From: a virus
Taxonomy: Duplodnaviria; Heunggongvirae; Uroviricota; Caudoviricetes
IMG/VR virus record: IMGVR_UViG_2675903330_000002
Direction: 5' to 3' (one strand)
DNA: 34,322 nt
Numbering within the stretch: position 1 is the stretch's first letter; every line of letters starts with the position of its first letter. A program made the translations under genes and the position numbers. The notes under the pieces are model-generated. The model was not told the DNA's origin, ran no database searches, and saw only the letters and a program-made list of their open reading frames with translations. Below are positions 27,288-34,322 of the stretch, piece by piece.

Positions 27288-27806
27288 ATGGCAATGCCGC
27301 GCAAACTCAAGTTAATGAACGTCTTTCTGAACGGCTACAGCTATCAGGGCGTTGCAAAGTCCGTCACGCTGCCAAAACTGACCCGTAAGCTCGAAAACTA
27401 TCGCGGTGCGGGGATGAACGGCAGCGCACCGGTAGACCTCGGCCTTGATGACGATGCGCTGTCAATGGAGTGGTCGCTCGGGGGCTTCCCGGATTCGGTT
27501 ATCTGGGAGCTTTACGCCGCAACCGGCGTGGATGCCGTGCCGATTCGTTTTGCAGGCTCTTACCAGCGCGACGATACCGGCGAAACGGTGGCCGTCGAAG
27601 TGGTCATGCGTGGACGTCAGAAAGAAATCGACACCGGCGAGGGTAAACAGGGAGAAGACACCGAGTCGAAAATCTCCGTGGTCTGCACCTATTTCCGGCT
27701 GACGATAGACGGTAAGGAGCTGGTCGAAATCGACACCATCAACATGATTGAGAAGGTGAACGGCGTCGACCGGCTGGAGCAACACCGCCGCAATATCGGC
27801 CTGTGA
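27288..27806 (+). CDS. FII: tail tube protein (FII-like), 172 aa
   Basis: Synteny and size. Confidence 0.85.
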   Translation: MAMPRKLKLMNVFLNGYSYQGVAKSVTLPKLTRKLENYRGAGMNGSAPVDLGLDDDALSMEWSLGGFPDSVIWELYAATGVDAVPIRFAGSYQRDDTGETVAVEVVMRGRQKEIDTGEGKQGEDTESKISVVCTYFRLTIDGKELVEIDTINMIEKVNGVDRLEQHRRNIGL

Positions 27807-27862
27807 TTTTCATCCGGTCAGCCTGGCTGACCGGTTAACCCCGATTCAGAAGTGAGAAAACC

Positions 27863-28138
27863 ATGAACAAAGAAAACGTCATTACCCTGGACAATCCGGT
27901 CAAACGTGGTGAGCAGGTTATCGAACAGGTCACGCTGATGAAACCCAATGCCGGGACGCTGCGCGGTGTCAGTCTGGCTGCAGTCGCGAACTCCGAAGTC
28001 GATGCACTGATTAAAGTGCTGCCGCGCATGACGGCACCGATGCTGACCGAGCAGGAAGTCGCCGCGCTGGAACTGCCTGACCTTGTGGCGCTGGCCGGTA
28101 AGGTGGTCGGTTTTTTGTCGCCGAACTCGGTGCAGTGA
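27863..28138 (+). CDS. E: tail assembly chaperone E, 91 aa
   Basis: Small ORF between FII and T that ends just after a T-run slippery sequence. Confidence 0.8.
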   Translation: MNKENVITLDNPVKRGEQVIEQVTLMKPNAGTLRGVSLAAVANSEVDALIKVLPRMTAPMLTEQEVAALELPDLVALAGKVVGFLSPNSVQ

Positions 28139-28290
28139 CGTTTCCGAAAAATCTCTCGGTCGATGACCTGATGGCGGATGTGGCAGTGATATTTCACTGG
28201 CCGCCATCAGAACTGTATCCCATGAGCCTGACCGAACTCATCACATGGCGCGAAAAGGCGCTCCGGCGAAGCGGAAACACGAATGAGTAA
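27863..28290 (+). CDS. E+E' tail assembly chaperone made by -1 programmed ribosomal frameshift (about 141 aa)
   Basis: Slippery sequence G-GTT-TTT-TG at 28109-28117. The -1 frame is open from 28117 to a TAA at 28288-28290 (57 sense codons), which overlaps the start of T. Same architecture as P2 E/E+E'. Confidence 0.65.
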
Positions 28291-30730
28291 CAATGTAAAA
28301 TTACAGGTATTGCTCAGGGCTGTTGACCAGGCATCCCGCCCGTTTAAATCCATCCGCACAGCGAGCAAATCGCTGTCGGGGGATATCCGGGAAACACAAA
28401 AATCACTGCGCGAGCTGAACGGTCAGGCATCCCGTATTGAGGGATTTCGCAATACCAGTGCACAGCTCGCCGTGACTGGTCATGCACTTGAAAAGGCTCG
28501 GCAGGAAGCCGAAGCCCTTGCCACACAGTTTAAAAACACCGAACGTCCGACCCGTGCTCAGGCGAAAGTGCTGGAATCAGCAAAGCGAGCGGCGGAGGAC
28601 TTACAGGCGAAATATAACCGCCTGACGGATTCCGTTAAACGCCAGCAGCGGGAACTGGCCGCTGTGGGAATTAATACCCGCAATCTTGCACATGATGAGC
28701 AGGGGCTGAAAAACCGTATCAGTGAAACCACTGCCCAGCTTAACCGGCAGCGTGACGCGCTGGCGCGTGTCAGTGCGCAACAGGCAAAACTTAACGCAGT
28801 CAAACAGCGTTATCAGGCCGGCAAGGAACTGGCCGGAAATATGGCCTCAGTGGGCGCTGCCGGTGTGGGGATTGCGGCGGCGGGAACGATGGCCGGAGTT
28901 AAGCTGCTGATACCCGGTTATGAGTTTGCGCAGAAAAACTCAGAATTACAGGCTGTGCTCGGAGTGGCAAAAGACTCCGCCGAAATGGCCGCGCTCCGCA
29001 AACAGGCGCGCCAGCTCGGCGACAACACCGCCGCCTCGGCGGATGATGCAGCCGGTGCGCAGATTATCATTGCAAAAGCCGGTGGGGATGTTGATGCCAT
29101 TCAGGCGGCAACGCCGGTCACGCTGAATATGGCGCTGGCGAACCGTCGCACGATGGAGGAAAACGCCGCCCTGTTGATGGGGATGAAATCCGCCTTTCAG
29201 CTTTCAAACGATAAGGTCGCTCATATCGGGGATGTTCTCTCCATGACGATGAACAAAACCGCCGCCGATTTTGACGGCATGAGCGATGCGCTGACCTATG
29301 CCGCACCTGTGGCAAAAAATGCCGGTGTCAGCATTGAAGAAACCGCCGCAATGGTCGGGGCACTGCATGATGCAAAAATTACCGGTTCAATGGCGGGGAC
29401 GGGAAGCCGTGCCGTGTTAAGCCGCCTGCAGGCACCGACGGGAAAAGCATGGGATGCACTCAAAGAGCTTGGAGTGAAAACCTCAGACAGCAAAGGAAAC
29501 ACCCGGCCAATATTTACCATTCTGAAAGAAATGCAGGCCAGTTTTGAGAAAAACCGGCTCGGTACTGCCCAGCAGGCTGAATACATGAAAACTATTTTCG
29601 GGGAGGAGGCCAGCTCAGCCGCCGCCGTGCTGATGACTGCCGCCTCAACCGGAAAGCTGGACAAACTGACCGCTGCGTTTAAAGCCTCAGACGGGAAGAC
29701 CGCCGAGCTGGTAAATATCATGCAGGATAACCTCGGCGGTGACTTTAAGGAGTTTCAGTCCGCTTATGAGGCGGTGGGGACAGACCTGTTTGACCAGCAG
29801 GAAGGCGCACTGCGTAAGCTCACTCAGACGGCCACAAAGTATGTGTTAAAACTCGACGGCTGGATCCAGAAAAACAAATCACTGGCGTCAACCATCGGCC
29901 TCATTGTCGGTGGCGCGCTGGCGCTTATTGGCATCATCGGTGCAATTGGTCTTGTAGCCTGGCCGGTTATCACCGGCATCAATGCCATCATCGCGGCAGC
30001 AGGCGCAATGGGGGCAGTCTTCACGACGGTTGGCAGTGCTGTTATGACCGCCATCGGGGCTATTAGCTGGCCGGTTGTGGCCGTGGTGGCCGCAATTGTC
30101 GCCGGGGCGTTGCTTATCCGTAAATACTGGGAGCCTGTCAGCGCATTCTTTGGCGGTGTGGTTGAAGGGCTGAAAGTGGCATTTGCGCCGGTGGGGGAAC
30201 TGTTCACGCCACTTAAGCCGGTGTTTGACTGGCTGGGTGAAAAGTTACAGGCCGCGTGGCAGTGGTTTAAAAACCTGATTGCCCCGGTTAAAGCCACACA
30301 GGACACCCTGAACCGTTGCCGTGACACGGGGGTCATGTTCGGGCAGGCACTGGCTGACGCGCTGATGCTGCCGCTTAATACGTTCAACAAACTGCGCAGC
30401 GGTATTGACTGGGTACTGGAAAAACTCGGTGTTATCAACAAAGAGTCAGACACACTTGACCAGACCGCTGCCAGAACTCATGCCGCCACGTATGGCACCG
30501 GTGGTTATATTCCGGCGACCAGCTCTTATGCAGGTTATCAGGCTTATCAGCCGGTTACGGCACCGGCTGGCCGCTCTTATGTAGACCAGAGTAAAAACGA
30601 ATATCACATCAGCCTGACGGGTGGTACTGCGCCGGGGACACAGCTTGACCGCCAGTTACAGGATGCGCTCGAAAAATACGAGCGGGATAAACGTGCGCGC
30701 GCCCGTGCCAGCATGATGCATGACGGTTAA
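28283..30730 (+). CDS. T: tail tape-measure protein (T-like), 815 aa
   Basis: Large Ala/Gly-rich protein with an internal hydrophobic segment, downstream of the E/E' chaperones. Size as P2 T. Confidence 0.9.
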   Translation: MSNNVKLQVLLRAVDQASRPFKSIRTASKSLSGDIRETQKSLRELNGQASRIEGFRNTSAQLAVTGHALEKARQEAEALATQFKNTERPTRAQAKVLESAKRAAEDLQAKYNRLTDSVKRQQRELAAVGINTRNLAHDEQGLKNRISETTAQLNRQRDALARVSAQQAKLNAVKQRYQAGKELAGNMASVGAAGVGIAAAGTMAGVKLLIPGYEFAQKNSELQAVLGVAKDSAEMAALRKQARQLGDNTAASADDAAGAQIIIAKAGGDVDAIQAATPVTLNMALANRRTMEENAALLMGMKSAFQLSNDKVAHIGDVLSMTMNKTAADFDGMSDALTYAAPVAKNAGVSIEETAAMVGALHDAKITGSMAGTGSRAVLSRLQAPTGKAWDALKELGVKTSDSKGNTRPIFTILKEMQASFEKNRLGTAQQAEYMKTIFGEEASSAAAVLMTAASTGKLDKLTAAFKASDGKTAELVNIMQDNLGGDFKEFQSAYEAVGTDLFDQQEGALRKLTQTATKYVLKLDGWIQKNKSLASTIGLIVGGALALIGIIGAIGLVAWPVITGINAIIAAAGAMGAVFTTVGSAVMTAIGAISWPVVAVVAAIVAGALLIRKYWEPVSAFFGGVVEGLKVAFAPVGELFTPLKPVFDWLGEKLQAAWQWFKNLIAPVKATQDTLNRCRDTGVMFGQALADALMLPLNTFNKLRSGIDWVLEKLGVINKESDTLDQTAARTHAATYGTGGYIPATSSYAGYQAYQPVTAPAGRSYVDQSKNEYHISLTGGTAPGTQLDRQLQDALEKYERDKRARARASMMHDG

Positions 30731-30744
30731 GGAGGTGACGAAAA

Positions 30745-31224
30745 ATGATGCTCGCGTTAGGTATGTTTGTTTTTATGCGCCAGACGCTGCCACACCAGAC
30801 CATGCAGCGTGAATCAGATTATCGCTGGCCGTCAAATTCCCGTATCGGTAAACGGGATGCCTACCAGTTTCTCGGTGTTGGCGAGGAAAACATGACGCTT
30901 GCCGGTGTGCTTTATCCCGAACTGACCGGCGGCAAGCTGACGATGACCACGCTCAGGATGATGGCTGAGGAAGGCCGGGCGTGGCCGTTGCTGGATGGCA
31001 CCGGCATGATTTACGGCATGTATGTCATCAGCAGGGTGAGTGAAACAGGGAGTATTTTCTTTGCAGACGGCACACCCCGGAAAATTGATTTTACGCTGTC
31101 GCTCACCCGCGTTGATGAATCACTGGCCGCGCTTTATGGCGATATCGGTAAACAGGCGGAATCGCTCATCGGTAAGGCTGGCAGTATGGCGACCAGATTC
31201 ACGGGTATGATGGGGGCGGGATAA
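30745..31224 (+). CDS. U: tail protein U-like, 159 aa
   Basis: Synteny and size. Confidence 0.8.
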   Translation: MMLALGMFVFMRQTLPHQTMQRESDYRWPSNSRIGKRDAYQFLGVGEENMTLAGVLYPELTGGKLTMTTLRMMAEEGRAWPLLDGTGMIYGMYVISRVSETGSIFFADGTPRKIDFTLSLTRVDESLAALYGDIGKQAESLIGKAGSMATRFTGMMGAG

Positions 31225-32387
31225 TGCTGGATGCGCTGACATTTGATGCAGGCAGTACGCTGACGCCGGATTACATGCTGATGCTCGACAGCAGGGATAT
31301 TACCGGCAATATCAGCGACCGTCTGATGAGCATGACCCTGACAGATAACCGGGGCTTTGAGGCTGACCAGCTTGATATTGAACTGAACGATGCCGACGGG
31401 CAGGTCGGGCTGCCGGTTCGTGGCGCTGTCCTGACGGTGTATATCGGCTGGAAAGGTTTTGCCCTGGTATGCAAAGGGAAATTTACCGTTGATGAGGTTG
31501 AACACCGGGGCGCACCGGATGTGGTCACCATCCGCGCCCGGAGTGCAGATTTTCGCGGGACGCTCAATTCCCGCCGGGAAGGCTCCTGGCATGACACCAC
31601 GCTCGGTGCGATTGTTGAGGCGATAGCCACCCGTAACAGGCTGGAAGCCAGTGTCGCTCCGTCACTGGCCGGAATTAAAATCCCGCACATCGACCAGTCG
31701 CAGGAGTCCGATGTGAAATTCCTGACCCGTCTTGCTGAACGCAACGGCGGCGAGGTGTCGGTAAAAATGGGAAAACTGTTGTTTCTCAAAGCGGGGCAGG
31801 GGGTGACGGCCAGCGGTAAAAAAATCCCGCAGGTCACCATAACCCGCAGCGACGGCGACCGCCATCATTTTGCGATTGCTGACCGTGGAGCCTATACCGG
31901 CGTAACGGCAAAGTGGTTACACACCAAAGACCCGAAACCACAAAAGCAGAAGGTAAAACTGAAACGCAAAAAGAAAGAAAAACACCTGCGCGCACTGGAG
32001 CACCCGAAAGCAAAACCGGTCACGCAGAAGAAAGCGCCAAAAGTACCGGAAGCGCGCGAAGGTGAATACATGGCCGGTGAGGCTGACAACGTTTTTGCCC
32101 TGACCACGGTATATGCCACGAAAGCGCAGGCCATGCGCGCCGCTCAGGCGAAGTGGGATAAACTGCAACGGGGGGTGGCGGAGTTCTCCATCAGCCTGGC
32201 TACCGGTCGGGCTGATATTTACACGGAAACGCCGGTCAGAGTGTCAGGCTTTAAGCGCGTCATAGACGAGCAGGACTGGACAATCACTAAGGTGACACAT
32301 TTTCTGAATAATAGCGGCTTCACGACGTCCTTAGAGCTTGAGGTCAGGCTTTCTGATGTGGAGTACGAAACAGAAGATTATGAGTGA
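31224..32387 (+). CDS. D: tail protein D / late control protein D, 387 aa
   Basis: Synteny and size. ATGA overlap with U. Confidence 0.85.
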   Translation: MLDALTFDAGSTLTPDYMLMLDSRDITGNISDRLMSMTLTDNRGFEADQLDIELNDADGQVGLPVRGAVLTVYIGWKGFALVCKGKFTVDEVEHRGAPDVVTIRARSADFRGTLNSRREGSWHDTTLGAIVEAIATRNRLEASVAPSLAGIKIPHIDQSQESDVKFLTRLAERNGGEVSVKMGKLLFLKAGQGVTASGKKIPQVTITRSDGDRHHFAIADRGAYTGVTAKWLHTKDPKPQKQKVKLKRKKKEKHLRALEHPKAKPVTQKKAPKVPEAREGEYMAGEADNVFALTTVYATKAQAMRAAQAKWDKLQRGVAEFSISLATGRADIYTETPVRVSGFKRVIDEQDWTITKVTHFLNNSGFTTSLELEVRLSDVEYETEDYE

Positions 32388-32468
32388 TGTCTTTTGTTTA
32401 TCTGTTTGTTTTATAAGGATAAATTAACTAAAATGGCACTATCAACAAAACCGGAAGAGGTGCTCGCG

Positions 32469-32687
32469 ATGTTTCATTGTCCTTTATGCCAGCATGCCGC
32501 ACATGCGCGTACAAGCCGCTATATCACTGACACGACAAAAGAGCGTTATCACCAGTGCCAGAACGTGAATTGCAGCGCCACGTTCATCACTTATGAGTCG
32601 GTACAGCGATACATCGTGAAGCCGGGAGAAGTCCACGCCGTGAGGCCGCACCCGTTGCCGTCAGGGCAGCAAATTATGTGGATGTAA
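32469..32687 (+). CDS. ogr: Ogr late-gene transcription activator (C4 zinc finger), 72 aa
   Basis: MFHCPLCQHAAHARTSRYITDTTKERYHQCQNVNCSATF... carries CxxC-N22-CxxxxC. ATG preceded by GAGGTG. Last gene before attR, as in P2. Confidence 0.9.
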   Translation: MFHCPLCQHAAHARTSRYITDTTKERYHQCQNVNCSATFITYESVQRYIVKPGEVHAVRPHPLPSGQQIMWM

Positions 32688-32697
32688 TTACAAACAG

Positions 32698-32726
32698 AAA
32701 GCCCCTCAGTCGAGGGGCTTTTTTTG
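32698..32726 (+). terminator. rho-independent terminator after ogr
   Basis: 10-bp stem AAAGCCCCTC/GAGGGGCTTT with a 4-nt loop, followed by a T5 run. Confidence 0.85.
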
Positions 32727-32730
32727 TCGA

Positions 32731-32750
32731 TGTGGTCAATGTGTGGACGT
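32731..32750. promoter_or_regulatory. candidate Int arm-type sites on the right arm (TGTGGTCA ... TGTGGACG)
   Basis: Direct repeats 12 bp apart, resembling the TGTGGACA pair at 593-611. Confidence 0.4.
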
Positions 32751-32789
32751 GACCAGAAATAAATCCTTTTATTTCAATTTGTTGTACGT

Positions 32790-32816
32790 AAAAAATAAGC
32801 CCGTGTAAGGGAGATT
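32790..32816. repeat. attR core, 27-bp direct repeat AAAAAATAAGCCCGTGTAAGGGAGATT
   Basis: Identical to 478-504. Confidence 0.8.
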
Positions 32817-32960
32817 ACACAGGCTAAGGAGGTGGTTCCTGGTACAGCTAGCATTTTATGGGTTATGTTTTTCAGCGAAACGGATGATAACCTTAATAAA
32901 TGCAGCTGTATGTGATCGGTTTCTAAGAATTTTCCATCCGGGAAAAATAATCGAAATTAA

Positions 32961-34322
32961 TCACTTACCGTGTGGGTTACGCGTGGTTTCCCCGGAGAAA
33001 TTACGCATCAGCAGAGCGTAATTGAGCTCAAGATCCTGCGGGACCGGGAGCCACACAGTATAACCATCGCCTGGTGCGACCGGCATCGCTTCACCTTTGG
33101 CGTTTTCCATGTGCTCAAGGGTAAAGTTAATGTTGCCTTGCGGCGTCATCAGCTCAAGGCTGTCGCCAACGGAGAATTTATTTTTCACCGCTACCGCCGC
33201 GAGGTCCCCCTTGCGCTCACCGGTAAACTCACCAACAAACTGCTGGCGGTCAGAAACTGAATAACCGTATTCGTAGTTCTGATAATCGTCGTGAGTATGA
33301 CGACGCAGGAAACCTTCGGTATAGCCACGATGCGCCAGACCTTCCAGAGTTTCCAGCAGGCTGGTATCGAACGGTTTGCCCGCAGCGGCGTCATCGATAG
33401 CTTTACGGTAAACCTGTGCGGTGCGTGCGCAATAGTAGAAAGATTTAGTACGGCCTTCGATTTTCAGCGAATGCACGCCCATTTTGGTCAGGCGTTCTAC
33501 ATGGGCGATGGCGCGCAGATCTTTCGAGTTCATGATGTAAGTGCCGTGCTCATCTTCAAACGCGGTCATATACTCGCCCGGACGCTGGGCTTCTTCGATC
33601 ATAAACACTTTGTCGGTTGGCGCGCCGATACCCAGCGTCGGCTCAACATTTTGCACCGGAATCGGCTCGTACTTGTGTACGATGTTGCCAACGTCATCTT
33701 CTTTCCCTTCCTGGACGTTGTACTCCCAGCGGCAGGCGTTGGTGCAGGTACCCTGGTTCGGATCGCGCTTGTTGATATAGCCAGAGAGCAGGCAGCGACC
33801 GGAGTAGGCCATGCACAGTGCGCCGTGAACGAAGATCTCGATCTCCATATCCGGCACCTGATTGCGGATCTCTTCAATCTCTTCCAGCGACAGCTCGCGA
33901 GAGAGGATCACGCGGGTCAGGCCCATTTGCTGCCAGAATTTCACCGTCGCCCAGTTTACGGCGTTAGCCTGCACCGAGAGGTGGATCGGCATTTCAGGGA
34001 AGTGCTCACGCACCAGCATAATCAGCCCTGGATCGGACATAATCAGCGCATCCGGCCCCATTTCCACCACCGGTTTCAGGTCACGGATAAAGGTTTTCAG
34101 CTTGGCGTTGTGCGGTGCAATGTTGACCACGACATAAAACTTTTTCCCCAGCGCGTGGGCTTCATTGATGCCGAGCTGAAGATTTTCGTGGTTGAATTCG
34201 TTGTTGCGCACACGCAGGGAGTAACGCGGCTGGCCCGCATAAACAGCATCTGCGCCATAAGCGAAAGCGTAACGCATATTTTTCAGCGTTCCCGCCGGGG
34301 AAAGGAGTTCCGGTTTAAACAT
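32961..34322 (-). CDS. yegQ: peptidase-U32-family protein (YegQ-like), 453 aa, right chromosomal flank
   Basis: Complete ORF with the U32 signature E-x-F-x-H-G-A-L-C-x-A-Y-S-G-R-C (EIFVHGALCMAYSGRC). In E. coli K-12, yegQ lies next to the P2-remnant gene ogrK, which fits ogr being the adjacent phage gene here. Confidence 0.7.
   Translation of the reverse strand: MFKPELLSPAGTLKNMRYAFAYGADAVYAGQPRYSLRVRNNEFNHENLQLGINEAHALGKKFYVVVNIAPHNAKLKTFIRDLKPVVEMGPDALIMSDPGLIMLVREHFPEMPIHLSVQANAVNWATVKFWQQMGLTRVILSRELSLEEIEEIRNQVPDMEIEIFVHGALCMAYSGRCLLSGYINKRDPNQGTCTNACRWEYNVQEGKEDDVGNIVHKYEPIPVQNVEPTLGIGAPTDKVFMIEEAQRPGEYMTAFEDEHGTYIMNSKDLRAIAHVERLTKMGVHSLKIEGRTKSFYYCARTAQVYRKAIDDAAAGKPFDTSLLETLEGLAHRGYTEGFLRRHTHDDYQNYEYGYSVSDRQQFVGEFTGERKGDLAAVAVKNKFSVGDSLELMTPQGNINFTLEHMENAKGEAMPVAPGDGYTVWLPVPQDLELNYALLMRNFSGETTRNPHGK

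Larger units (their letters stand above)
478..32816. mobile_element. P2-like temperate prophage (integrated, apparently intact)
   Basis: Bounded by identical 27-bp direct repeats. Gene order and sizes are collinear with P2: int-C-cox-B-A, cos, Q-P, O-N-M-L-X-Y-K-lysABC-R-S-V-W-J-I-H-G, FI-FII-E-T-U-D-ogr. Confidence 0.9.

Noticed and set aside
29296-30453. Minus-strand ORFs (141 and 209 aa) inside the tape-measure gene T
   Set aside because: Antisense to the Ala/Gly-rich T gene. The complementary strand of such sequence is expected to be open by chance.
1-34322. CRISPR arrays, tRNA or rRNA genes, IS elements
   Set aside because: No regularly spaced short direct repeats, no cloverleaf-like tRNA candidates near the att sites and no transposase-like ORF with terminal inverted repeats were seen. 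P2-type integration here is not into a tRNA gene.

Overview
This window is a complete P2-like (Peduovirus-type) prophage of about 32.3 kb, bounded by a perfect 27-bp direct repeat (att core, 478-504 and 32790-32816). It sits between a small host lipoprotein gene (1-318) and a host U32-peptidase gene (yegQ-like, 32961-34322, minus strand). Gene order and protein sizes follow the P2 map: int, C, cox, orf78, B, orf80-83, A, then cos, then Q, P, O, N, M, L, X, Y, K, lysA/B/C, R, S, V, W, J, I, H, tail-fibre assembly, FI, FII, E/E+E', T, U, D, ogr. Two cargo regions depart from P2. The first is a visibly AT-rich island flanking the cos site (about 6.4-10.9 kb) that carries two divergently transcribed reverse-transcriptase genes. 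One is an Abi-type RT (6920-8464, minus strand) in the slot where P2 has tin/old. The other is a retron-type RT (9015-10205) translationally coupled to a two-transmembrane-helix protein (10202-10909), with a structured non-coding region upstream; I consider this the most interesting candidate system. The second cargo region replaces P2 Z/fun with a Gin/Hin-type DNA invertase (25432-26025) and an invertible tail-fibre segment (about 23491-25376) flanked by 26-bp hix/gix-like crossover sites. All calls are from reading the sequence and recalled family knowledge; no database search was run.
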